Assembly (NCBI RefSeq): GCF_036321535.1
Contig: NC_087462.1
Span: 2,170,001 to 2,234,000, forward strand
Direction: 5' to 3'
Length of the DNA stretch: 64,000 nt
DNA from: Camelus dromedarius
Lineage: Eukaryota
Shown: positions 34,347 through 46,600 of the stretch, in pieces
Layout of the letters: each line of letters opens with the position of its first letter
How positions within the stretch are numbered: the stretch's first letter is position 1
The notes under the pieces: generated by a model
Database searches by the model: none
The model's input: the letters and a program-made list of their open reading frames with translations, nothing else
What the model was told of the DNA's origin: nothing
Translations under genes and position numbers: made by a program

Positions 34347-34768
34347 TTCTAGAAGGCAGAGAATGGGTCCAAAACACCATTCTACTGACTCATATTCCCC
34401 ATCTGTTCAATGTGTCCCCCATCAGCCTCCACTTGGGACCCTCAGCTTGTCCTACCTGTACATGGGGGTTCAAGACAGTCCTCCACGAACATCTGCCTTG
34501 GCCTGTGTCTTCAACATAGTCCAAGCCTCAGTTTCCCCATCTGTGAAATGGGTTGTTTTCAGACCCAGTGAACTTCTGCTGGGTCCCCTCTGGTCTTCAG
34601 TTGTCCCCAGGAGGTAGAGGGATCTGCAGTGGCCGCCTGGATACCTCTGCCCTGCCCTCCCTCTAGTGGCTCTGCCTGGGGCCCCTCCCACCTCAGTCTT
34701 CCTGGCCGGGCAGTAGGTTCACGGGGCCGCAGCGCTACCTGACCTCTGGCCTCTNNNNNNNNNNNNNN

Positions 34769-35383
<615 letters not shown>

Positions 35384-38300
35384 TGAGGGCGGAGGCAGGC
35401 GCACGCAGTCCGAGGAGGGAGGCCGACCCGGGAGAGGTCCGAGGAGGGAGAAGGTCTACCGAGGGGGGAGGCAGGTGCAGGTGCAGGTCCAGGGGGGCAG
35501 TGGGCCTACACGGAGGTCCGAGGGGGCAGGCGCATGCCGCGGGAGGGTCTAAGGGAAAGAGATCCAGTCAGTCCAAAGAGAGTCTTGGGGGGAGGATGTG
35601 GCAGGGGCGTCCTGGGGGTCTGGAGGTAGGGGCCAGCTCTGACCTTGATGTCTGAGGGGGCTGGCAGGCAGGTCTCAGGTTATGAGACCCAGTCCCAGAG
35701 GGTCTCTTGGGAACAGGGGTGTGGATAGGCGCGTGACCCATGGGAGAGGGACAGTATCCCTCTGGGGAAAGCTGGAAGAGTGTTGGGGTTGTGCACTGTG
35801 AAGGCTGGCCGACTTGCTCTCAGACCTCCCCCAGAGACCCAACAGGTCCCATGTTTGTGCCAAGTGGAAAGCTGGGGCTCTGTGTGTGACTTCGGCTAGG
35901 TTACCACCCTCTCTGGTCATCAGTGTCCCCCACTCTGTGTGTTCTTCCAGCTGGGTGTTTGCTGGCTCTGTGGTCACATGGCCCACATGGAGACCAGTGG
36001 GTTCCTGAGGATGGGGAATTCCATGGCAGCTTCCTGGAGGAGGAGGCTCCACTGAGCTGAGCTCTGCAGGATGACTGGGCAGTGATGAGCATGAGGATAT
36101 CCCAAGTGATCAGAGCCTGGGCAGAGATGTGGGGACTGCTGGGCGGCCCAGCCCTGAATGTCAGCAGCCCCGGTGGCCCAGGGCAGGGCCTGGCTTGGGG
36201 GGCAGTGGGTGCGTCGCTCTGCTGCTCTCTGGTTGTGTGGTCAGTGGAGGTGTCGGAGCCCCTGCCTTGATCAGGCCTCAGGAGACTGGCTGAGGTCGTG
36301 TGTGCGGCGTGTTGAGCCCTGGCCTGCCGTGTGACGGGTGTCGGCTGTGACTGTCTTCATGTGGTACTGGGTGCGCCTGGAGGACCTAACAGGCACACGT
36401 CACAGGCCCCGCCGCGCCTCTCCACGCTGAGTCTGGTACACACATGGGCGTGAGCCTGCACCCACCCAGGGCTGCTGAGTGTGTCAGGTGGCTGCACGGG
36501 GGTTGCAACCCCTGTCCCAGCCCCCATAGACCCCACATTAACCAGAAATGATGGAGGAAGCCTGGTGGAGGGGTGGTGAGAAGAGGGGGGACTCAAGGGC
36601 CGAACCACCCCAGTTCTGAGCGCAGCCCCGCCGTTTACTGGCTGTGTGACTGTGGACACATCCTTGTCCTGTGCCTCAGTTTCCTCCTCTGTACAGTGGG
36701 GGTAACAACCGTGCCAATTCCTAGTGATGACGGGAGGATTACGTGAGGTCTCCTGGTCTGCGTGGTGTGCGGGAGGGAGAGCGGGGACTGAGTTTCCCAG
36801 TCTTGACCTTGATTCCTTGACCTTGACCCCAACTGCGCCCACCCTGACCCCCAATTAGCACCAAACGCAGTGGGGCCAGAGGCAGAGGGGTGGATAAGGT
36901 GACTGTGCTGTGGGCGTGGGGTGGGGGGGCAGGGGCGGCCTTGGGGGCCGCAGGGCTCATTGCCATGCAGGTCCAGGTCTCTCCCACCACATCCATCCTC
37001 TGCGCCTGGCCCTGCCCCCACCTCCTCCACGCTGAGCTGATAAAATTTTGAAGCGAGTTTTCTGCCGGTGTCAGCACAATCTCGGGCGCCTCCCCTCCCC
37101 CAGCGGCCCCCTCCCCCCTCCGCTCAGCAGGCAGGCCAGGCCTCCAGGCCTCCCCAGACACCTTCACGTCCGACTGCCAGGCCTTTGCTGGCCAGTCTGG
37201 TGAGCCTCCTCGCGTGAGGGCCCCGGGAAGGTCAAGGCTGTACCGTCCCCTGCTTCCAGCCGGCTCCATCATCCCAGGGGATCTCTGCGCAAACCGGCCC
37301 CAGCTGACCCAGCTTCAGCTGGCTGGGAGCGAGGGTCTGGTGTGAGGTCTGGGCCTGGAACTCAGCTCCAGCCCAGCCACCCGCCTGTCCGCTGGGTGTT
37401 CCAAAACAAGTCGCTTAATCTCTCTGTGTCTGCTTTCCTTGTCTTTAAAATGGGATGCTCAAAAATAGCTACCTGATAGGAATGTTGGGTTCTCACAGTA
37501 CAAGTTCAACAAATTACCCCATGGAATCATGAAGACAGGTACCAAGCATGGGGCTAGAGCTCTGTGGACTGTTATTATTAACATTATCATTCTCATTAGG
37601 GTTACGATTTCCTACCGCAAAGCCTGTGTCCATGCTGTTCCCTCTGCCTGGAGTGCCTGTCCCATACAGAAAACTTCTACTTATGCTTCAAAACCTCAAC
37701 TCCTTGCTTCACTTTCTCTATTTCTTCCATTTTTTTCTGAGGGCTCAGCAGTTTTCCATTCTTGCAGCAACCCTGCGAGGCAGGAATCATTGTTGTACCC
37801 ATTTTACAGATGAGGAAACAGAAACCCAAAGAAGGTAGCTGCCCTGCCCAAGGTCACACAGCTAAGAGAGGGCAGAGGTAGGATTTGCACATAGGCAGCT
37901 TCTTTTGCTGACACCCCTGCTAGCCTTCCACGCTTGGTGGCAGAAGGGGATGGAGGTAAAACGCAGTGTACAAGGTGGGTGTCCAGTCCATGTGGCATGG
38001 CCACGTCCAGGCTGTGTTCTAGGATCCCACCCACCAAGGCCTTATCCAGGGTTCCTGGGCTGAGGCCACCCTCTGGGAGCCCCTTACTGAGCCTCACGTC
38101 CCCAACTTCCATCCAAGGATACCCTGTCCTCATCTGACCAGCGTTCTGTCTGCTTATCAGCCAGACAGTGGTCTGACTGCAGAGAGAGCTGGCCACCTCC
38201 TCCCTCGTCTCCCCTCGTGGGTCCCAGGGCTGGAAGGAGTCCAGGCCAAGGCCGGAGTGCAGTGTCCACTCACATCAGCCCTGCTGGGAGGCTGTGGGAT

Positions 38301-38959
38301 TGGTGGGAGTGGGAGAGGCAGGCCTCGGTTGGCCTCTGGGGGCGGGAGTCACAGAGTGAATGTTGGGACGGGCAGCTGATATGACTGAAAGGAGGTACCA
38401 TTTCCAGGGTCAGAAATGGGACCTTGGAGCCCACAGAATGACAGCGAGAGAGACATGGAGAGACAGAAGGTCCCAGAGACATCGAGAGACACAGAGAAAC
38501 CCACAAGACCATACATGCATTCTCTGTCCTTGGACAAAGAGACAAGGCCTGGCTCCCCTCCCGCACAGCCTCCACATCTCTCCCAGAGGGTGTCAGGTGG
38601 ACTGAGGGGGCCACACCCCAAAGGGGAGTCCTAGGCCTCTATCCTCTGGTTTATTTTGGAAGACGGAGAGGTGGGGACAAGGCATGAGAAGGTCCTTTTA
38701 GCGTTAGGGACCCTAGGCTGGTCAGAGCCCAGGGTACCTCCTGGGGCCAAACTTGGCTGCCCCAGGCATCCATCTGGCACCATTGTGGACACAGGGGCCT
38801 GATTCCAGGGTGGACTCAGTGAGTGCCTCTGGGCTGCCTAAGGGACAGCTGGGGGACCGTGATGAGGGAGTGGCATAAGTTCCACCTTGGGACATTGGGG
38901 CTGCCCACGAAATCCGTACACTTTGCTGGGGGTAGAGAGGAGTGGTGGTGGAGCTGGCA

Positions 38960-39200
38960 GTTCTGTTAAATTAATAAAAACCTAATGACAGTGAGGGGTG
39001 TGGAAAGAGGCAGCAGGAGGGCACTCTGTACTGGGAGGGCCTGTCTGAAATGACTTGAGACAAGGCCTGAAGGAAGTGAGGGAGCCACAGAGGGTTTTGA
39101 GTGAGAGTGTGCCAGGCAGGGGGAGGCACAGCCAGTGCAAAGGCCCTGGGGCTGGAATGGCTCCACGTGTAGGGAGCAGAGGTGAAGGCCGCTGGGGGTG
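38960..39200 (-). mobile_element. L2 fragment
   Basis: GAAGGAAGTGAGGGAGCC..GTGCAAAGGCCCTGGGG. Confidence 0.6.
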
Positions 39201-41139
39201 TTGGAGGGGGCGGGAGGGCCTGCGGCGTGGCTTCCCAGTGAGGGTGATGGGGGGGCCAGGAGTAGGGGACCCCGGCCCTCCTTGTCCTGTTTGCATTTGG
39301 GAAGGAGCCTGGAGGAAGCAGGGCCCAGAGAGGGAAGCCGCCTGCCCAGCCCCGAAGCCCAGCCAGGCCTCCCCACCCCCTCTGGCAGCCTGAGAAACCT
39401 GAGGCGCGGGCGGGCACTGTGCCAGGGGCGGCGGGGGAGGGGCTGCCAGGCCCGCCCGCTCCGGCAGCTGCCAGCCCGCCCCGAGCCGCCAGCCCAGATG
39501 GTGCCCAGCTGCTGACGCTGCCGTGGGCTGGCCTCGCGTTCCCGCCTCCTGTTCCCGCCTTGTTCTGTGCCAACCTCCCGGAAAGGCACTGTGGGCAGAG
39601 GCCGGCTCGGGAAGCTTGCAGCTGCCCGAGGGGCTGCCCAGGGTGCCCAGGGAGGGGGCAGAAGGAACTGGGAGGGGTCTCCATCCCCTCCTGGGTAGGC
39701 CTGGGAAGCGACCCTAACATCAGAGACAATAGTAATAGCAGACGCACATCGTGTGCCTGGTGCTGAGCCCGGCTCACGTCGGTTTAATTCTCTCCACCAC
39801 CCTGGGAGGGAGGGACTGTTGCCTTCTATGTTTCAAGTGAGGTCACAGGCCCAGAGACACTCAGCCACTTGCCCAAGGTCACACAGCTCCTAAGAGGTGG
39901 GGCAGAATTAGAACCCACAGATCCTGAGTCCTTGAAACCACTAAAGGAAAAGAACTCAAAACCACTTTTGAGGCTATCAGATGGAACCCACACCCTCCCA
40001 GATGTCCACATCATGAAAGGATCAGGCCCAGAATACAGAGTGAACAAACGAATGAGTATTTGCAAACCCTCATCCTGCAGTGCCTGCCGAGCCAGACGTG
40101 GGGCCACGGTCCCCATCAAGCGCACCCTGGGCTCGGATGGCAAGAGGAAGGGCCTCAGCCCGGAGCGAGGGAGCCTCGCTCAACCTCAGCTCTGCCCCTG
40201 GCTTGCTGTGTGCCTTAAGGCAAAGCATTCCCCTCTCTGTTCTGGGTTTGGGGGAGAGCTGAGGCCAAGAAGGTCAGGCTTTGTGGGCCACAGAGAGAAC
40301 CACTGGGTGCTGTGCTGGGGAGACAGAGGGTGGACATGGATGGGAGGGCGTGTGAGGGCACCTGTTCGTTTGGGTAATGGGCACCATTTGTGTCCACACT
40401 TGTTCCAGGCTGTGCAAGGTGTGTTTCCATTTCTGAGCCTGAGTTTTGCCATCTGTAAAGTGGCAAGGATAAGAACGGTGTCTGCTGCGTTGACAGTTGG
40501 AGTCAGTGATCCCTGAATAGCATACAAGAGGCGCTCAATAAATGCTCTGTCCCTTCCCAGATCCTCTCCCCAGCCCCAAGAGGCAAAGGGGAAGAACTTC
40601 AGCATGCCTGTGGGCCAGCAGGGACACCTGTGACCCAGGACAGGCCCCCACTGGAAACCGGGCGGTGTCACCTGTCCAGATGTCTGGGCGGCGGAGGAGT
40701 GAGGGGCTTCTGGCAGCCTGGACTCCCCCAGGGCTGGGCAGCCAGGTGTACCAGCCTTCTGTCTGTGTGGGGAAGGTTGCTGCCCGGGTGTGAGGTCCAG
40801 ACGCCAGCTGACGATGTATTTATAGTGGCGGCGGGAGGCCTCTGGGTTCATGGTTAGTGGCAGAGAGGGACCAGCAGGTGAGCGTACTGTTAACGCAGCC
40901 CACGGGAGCCCAGTGTCGGGAAGAGGCTGGGGCACGACCTGTAGCCCGACAGCCCAGGTTCAAATCCCACCGCTCGTGAGCTGTTCCACCTTTGGCAGGT
41001 GATGTCACTGCCCTGGGCCCAGGTGCCCTTCCCTCGTAAATGGGCCTGATCCAGATGGTGCCCACCTCCCCGGGGTTTTTTAGGGTTAAGTGAGTTAATG
41101 CATCAAAGACCTTAGTACACAGTAAGCGCTCAGACTTGA

Positions 41140-41630
41140 TCTGGTGCCTTAAAAAGGAAGGAGATTCTGGCTCCCGCTACAACGTGGATGAACGTTGAGG
41201 ACATGATGCTCAGTGAGAGAAGCCACACACAGAAGGATGAATACTGTCTCATCCGAGGTCCCTAGAGGCGTCAGATTCATAGAGACAGAAAGTAGGTGGT
41301 GGGGCCGGGGCTGGGGAGTGAGTGTTTCAGGGGGAGCTTCAGTTTGGGAAGATGAGAAAGTTCTGGAGATGATGGTGGAGATGATTGCACAAAAATATGA
41401 ATGTGCTTAATGCCACCGAACTGTGCACTTAGAAACGGTTCAGATGGTTGGGGGGGGGTGCAGCTCAGTGTTAGAGCTCGTGCTTAGCATGCGCCAGGTG
41501 CTGGGTTCGGTCCCCAGCACCTCCGCTAAAACAAAAGCCAAAAAAGCAGACCCATGGGAATCAAAAATGGTTAAAATGGTAAATTTTGTGTTATTGATAT
41601 CTTACCAGAATTTTAAAAATTATTTGTTGT
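41140..41630 (+). mobile_element. L1MB-type 3' end, interrupted by a tRNA-Ala retrocopy
   Basis: TTAAAAAGGAAGGAGATTCTG..TGGATGAACGTTGAGGACATGATGCTCAGTGA..GAAAGTTCTGGAGATG..AAAATGGTAAATTTTGTG. Confidence 0.8.
41454..41525 (+). pseudogene. tRNA-Ala(AGC)-derived retrocopy / short SINE head
   Basis: 72-nt cloverleaf-like sequence with anticodon AGC (41486-41488) and acceptor stem GGGGGTG/CACCTCC. U8, the D-loop GG and A58 are mutated; A-rich tail, TSD-like flanks, no poly-T terminator. Confidence 0.75.
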
Positions 41631-42670
41631 TAATAACAATAAGTAATAATACATTCTCTATTATAATGCAACAATAAATAGTAAAAATAATTATCAGTGC
41701 TAGTAATGTAATAATAGTTGTTATTATCACCACCATTATGATCGGGGTTCTAGTCCCAGCGCTGCCCTGTGGCCAGCTGGGCAGCCTTGGACAAGGCAGT
41801 GCTCATCTGGGCTTCTGTTTCTTCATCTCCAAAGTGAGCACGGGGCTGTCCAGCCATGGAAGTTCAGACAGTATCTATGAGAAAGAGACCTCTTAGCATG
41901 TGATGCAAAAGCTCACAAATATGTGGGAGTTCTTTCGTGAGTCGCCCCCCACACCCGCAGACGTCCCTGCACAGGTGCCCATGTGCACGTCTGCAAGGCG
42001 GGCCCAGGAGGTCCCCGAGGACCCGAGAGGTGCCCGGGTCCACGCGGGCAGGGCCGGCCTCTGCGGAACCCGCAGGAGTGGGAGGCCTCGCGATGCACCT
42101 GTGGCGGCCACCCTGGCGTGGCGGGACTGCAGTTGCCACCCTGGCCCTGTGCCTGGGGAGCCAAGGGGAGGCCGAGGGCAGCTAGGGACATCTCTGCCCC
42201 CCCCCGCCCCCCCCTGCCTAGACAGCTGCCAGGCCGGCCCCTCTCCCTCCAGCTGGGTGTGGGCAGGAAGTCACAGATGGCCAGAGCTGGTGAGGGATGA
42301 GGAGGGGGCACATGGGAACACTGGACATCTTGTCCTGATCAGGAAACTAAGGCCTAGAGAGGGGCAGGCATTGCCCAGGGGGGCCCAGTAAAGACCCTTT
42401 CTCTGGTGCATTCTGTCCCACCTTCTGTTCCAGGCTGACTAGGATGGGTGTCAGGACAGGGAAAGGGGGGGCCCTGCTACCTGGGTAAATGATTCGCACG
42501 TGGGAAAGGGGTTTCAAGGCTGGAGGGGGGTTCTAGAATGCCAGAGCTGGGGTGGCCTCTGGACCCTCTAGGGAACAAGTTCTGGAAGTCTCAAGGCCTG
42601 ATTCTAGACTCTCCAGAGCTGGGCTCCTGCCCCTCCGATGGCTCTAGAAGCCTCCCTGGTGGGTTCAGAG

Positions 42671-42974
42671 CAGCCCAGCCCAGAAGAAACACAACATGCC
42701 CCACACAGATAACCTAATACTTTTCTGGTGCCCCACTTAAAAGTGTAAACATCCAGGGGAATTTCATTGTAACAACCTATTCTTTGTGACCCAGGACATC
42801 CAAAATATTGTCATTCAACACATAATCAGTATGAAAAAGTCACTGAGATGTTGCACATTCTTTTTTTGTCCCGCGTCTTGGAGAGTCAATGTGCATTCCA
42901 CAGTCGCGTCACAGTTTGGACCAGCCACATTTCAGGCGCTCCGTGCCACACGTGGCCAATGGCCACCGTATCAG
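42671..42974. mobile_element. MER33-like hAT-Charlie element
   Basis: CAAAATATTGTCATTCAACAC..TTTGGACCAGCCACATTTCAGGCGCTC..CACGTGGCCAATGGCCACCGTAT; right flank CTCTAGAG is a hAT target-type site. Confidence 0.7.
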
Positions 42975-45900
42975 CTCTAGAGGATCTGAGTTCTAGAGAA
43001 TTCCAAGGCAGATCTTAAATTGCCCAAGCGGGGCTATGGATCCAGAGTTTCCCGGGTTGGGGTCCTGAGTGTCTAGAAGCAAGGCCCAGGACTTTTTACT
43101 TTGGGCTTTTGCTTACCTGTGGACAAGCTCCGAATTTCCCTGCGCTGGGTTCTAGCATTCTGTGAGGCAAGTTTTTACAGCGTCTGGGAGCGGACCTCAG
43201 ATAGTGGGGTTCTCAAGAATGTGAGGGCCGATTCTAATACTCCCAACTCAATCATCAGTTATCCAGTCAAGTATTGGCTTCATCAATAGCCAAGAAACCC
43301 TGAAGTGTATCCCTGACCATTGACAGCAGTTTCCGGAATGCCACGTGTTGGGTTTTTGCCCACCCAGGGGCAGAATCTAGAATTTTCTCCAGCTGAGTTC
43401 TAGAGCAGGTTCTAGTATTCTCTGAATCAGGGATCCAGAATGTTCAAAAAGTTCAGTCTAGTAAGCCTGTCCTCAGACTCTGGGTGACTGAGCAGAATGT
43501 TCCAGAAAAGATGCCTGCAGAGGGGGAAGGAGGTGGACTTTCATTTCTCTGAGACTCCTTCCAGCCTGGCTAAGGCTGGGGCTGCCTGTCTGGGGACAGC
43601 AGACGGACGGGGGCCCCGTGGTGGGGTAAGGCGTTCAGGAGCAGTTTGTTGGGGGTACGTAACTGTGAGAACCTGAGACCAGGTGGGCCCGGGAGTAAGA
43701 ATGAAAAGTTCACGTAATCCCCAGTCAGTGTGTGTGGTTTACTGGGTGTGGGGACACAGGACCCTGGCTGTGTTCCCAGAGGCTGTTGTGGGGCTGTTGT
43801 GGGGACAGGGCACTTAGTAGGCCCTCGGTGGAAGGCAGTGGCTGTCGTTGGTGACTGTGACATCTGGCAGGAGGCTGGGGTTGTCTGTGTGTTTGGGGCT
43901 TGGTGTGCGTTTGGGGGAACCGCAGGCAGACTGAGGACTTAGTAAGTTAAATCCTCAGTAAATATCAGAAATTATTAGCACCGTTTCACTTCACCTTAAT
44001 CCCACAAAGGCAGGAATTATCATGAACTGCATTTAACACATGGGAAAATTGAGGCCCAGAGAGGTTAAACCACTGAGCCGAGAATGCACACCTAAGAGGT
44101 AGAGCAGGATTCAAACCCAGAATGTTCCAGGATCCTTCCTTTGGGCCTGGAAGATTTTGGTGCTAGTGATCAGGCACCAGGCTCAGCTGGATCAAGGAGC
44201 ACCTTTGGGGGCTGCGGCCTGGCTCCGGGGAAGACTAGCTTCAAACTCTCTACCTGGGGGAGCCAGGAGGGGCGAGATGCAGCCAAGGTCACGTGTCTCC
44301 CTTTCAGTCTCGGTCCCTGGGTCTCTGTCTACATCTCTTTGTCTCTCCAGCCCCAGTCTCTCCAGGTCTTGGCCAGTCTCCTCCCCTCACCACCTCAGGC
44401 CTGCCCGTGGGCTGCCCGGAGGCGGAGGTGGCAGCAGCAGCTGAATGGGCCCCTTGTTCCTGACCACACCCGCCCCTTGGGGTCACCCCGGGACAAGCCC
44501 TGACAGCCTGCTGCCTTAAAGGGCCAGTGCCCAGAGAGAAGGGGAAGGAGAGAGGCTGCCTTGCTCCCAAGCTCCACCCACCAACTTCCCAAGAATGGGG
44601 GTACTGAAGTGCACGCATTAGGGGTGGCGGAGCACCGTACCAGGACACCCTCAACCCATGTGGTCAGACAGTGGCCCTGGGGCTGGGGAAGCCAGTGTGT
44701 GTGTGGTGGGGCTTGGGTTTGATCGCTCAGCCTCTGCTTCCGGTTTATATCTGGAGCTCCTTGTGTCCACCCCGGGGTGGGGCGAGGAGGTGGGCGCTGG
44801 GCAGATGGAATAGTCTCCAGCCAGGATTTGGTACACAGCTGGCACTCTTTCATGCCCATTGTGCAGTTTTGTAGCACCTGCTGCCTTGGCATGCCTCTGT
44901 TTCTCAAATGTAGAACAAGGCGGGTCAGCTAATAGAATTAAAAGGGTTTCAGAGTTTAAGTAAGGTTGCATTTATTGAGCGCCAGGTGCATACCAGGCCA
45001 TGCTGAGAAAGGTCCTGTTCACAGCCTCGTTTTACAGAGGAGCTGAGAGGTAAGGCTATGGCTGAGACCACGTAGTCCAGATTTCACCCAGCTCTGCCCT
45101 CTCCACCCCTCTGCTCGGCTCTGTGAAGCTGCTGACTGCTCACTTGCCCTCTCTGGGCCTCAGTTTCCCTTCAGAGCAATGGGAACGGTCCCTGTCCACT
45201 TCCAGACAAGAAGCCTTTCACTTTTCCTGCCCAGAGAATGCTGTGGCTGGGAGTCCCGGGCATCGCCCAGATGGGAGCCAATCTAGAGGGCCTCGAACCA
45301 GGCTGCACCCGGTGGCCACTCTGGCTGGCCTTAGTGCTCCTGTGCCCAGGGCCGGCCCCGCAGACAGCCTGGGACAGGTTGCTGCCGGATGGACAAGCCT
45401 GTTCCCTGCTTCCTTATGTAACCAGGTTATGCAAGGGCAGCTGGCCTGCTTACATAAGGGGAGGCCGGGCCAGCGCCCAGCTGGGGAGGGGGAGGCTCTT
45501 AAAGGGGCTGGTGTCCCCCGAGTGTCACCTCCAGGGGCCTGTGCCAACCCGCGGAGGGGAGACTTATAAACTCTGGCCGACTCTGCACTCATCAGCATCA
45601 CCATTGGCATCATTATTATTACTGCTGTTGATGTTGTTTATCGTCACTCTGTTCTTCCCCAGGGACCGTGGGTTACCCGCACTGGGCACAGTGCCCACCT
45701 CACTTTTGACCCTCTGCTAGCCCCATGTCTCCCTGAGCCCCAGTTTCCCCATCTGGGAAAGGCGGGGTGCCAGTAAAGGAAGGCACTGGGGCGTAATGGG
45801 GGTGCTGGCCCTGCCACCAGCTGACTGTGTGACCTCAGGCAAATGGTGACCCTCTCTGGGACTCGGTTTCCCCATCTGTGAAACGTGCTTGCCTCGTGGG

Positions 45901-45989
45901 GTGGCTGAGGGGGAAGTGAGTTAAGACACGCAAAGGGTTAGGACAGTATCGAGCATGAACAACACTTAGCGCTCAGCCAGTGCAACTGC

Positions 45990-46600
45990 TTGGCAGCCCA
46001 TGAATATTTATTAAGTGCTTACTGTGTGCCAAGCACTGTTGTAGGTCCTGGGGACACTACTGTGAACAAGACAGACAAAAATCCAGGCTTCATGGGGCTC
46101 ACAGTCTTGTGGGGGAAGCGGACAAAAACAAGTTCATGATAAGGGCTGTTGGGGAAAATAAAGGAAGGCAAGGAATAGAGTGATGGGCTATTTGGGGAGG
46201 GTCTGTCTTGAGGACTTGACATGAGAGCTGAGACCTGAGGTGTGAAGCAGAACCAGCTGTATGAAGAACTGGGGGCAGGGCAACCTAGGCAGAGGGTGCA
46301 GCCTGTGCAAAGGCCCTGGGGCAGGACTGTGCCTGGCTTGTTGGAGGAACTGCCAGGAGGCCTGTGTGGCTGGGGCAGAGGGAGTGAGGGGGAGAGGGAT
46401 TGGGGAAGGCAGGGAGGGGACGAGGCAGGTTGTACAGGGCCTCGTGGGCCTCAGGGAGGACGTGGGCTTTTACCTGAGGGAGGTGAGAGCCCTGGAGGGC
46501 TGTGGGCAGAGGAGGGCGGGGCCTGACTCAGGTGCTCATGGGTGCCCTCTGGCCACTGCACGGAGGACAGGCTGAGGGGGTGGGGCGGAGTTGAGAGCCC
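45990..46600 (-). mobile_element. L2 3'-end fragment
   Basis: AATATTTATTAAGTGCTTACTGTGTGCCAAGCACTG..GTGCAAAGGCCCTGGGGCAGG..GTTGGAGGAAC. Confidence 0.8.

Noticed and set aside
34656-34670. Minus-strand CCACTAGAGGGAG CTCF-like motif just upstream of exon 2
   Set aside because: Mismatch at the strongly conserved C of the GGC core; unsupported without ChIP data.
40817-40826. Minus-strand TATA/MEF2-like CTATAAATAC
   Set aside because: Isolated motif with an imperfect MEF2 match and no supporting downstream structure.
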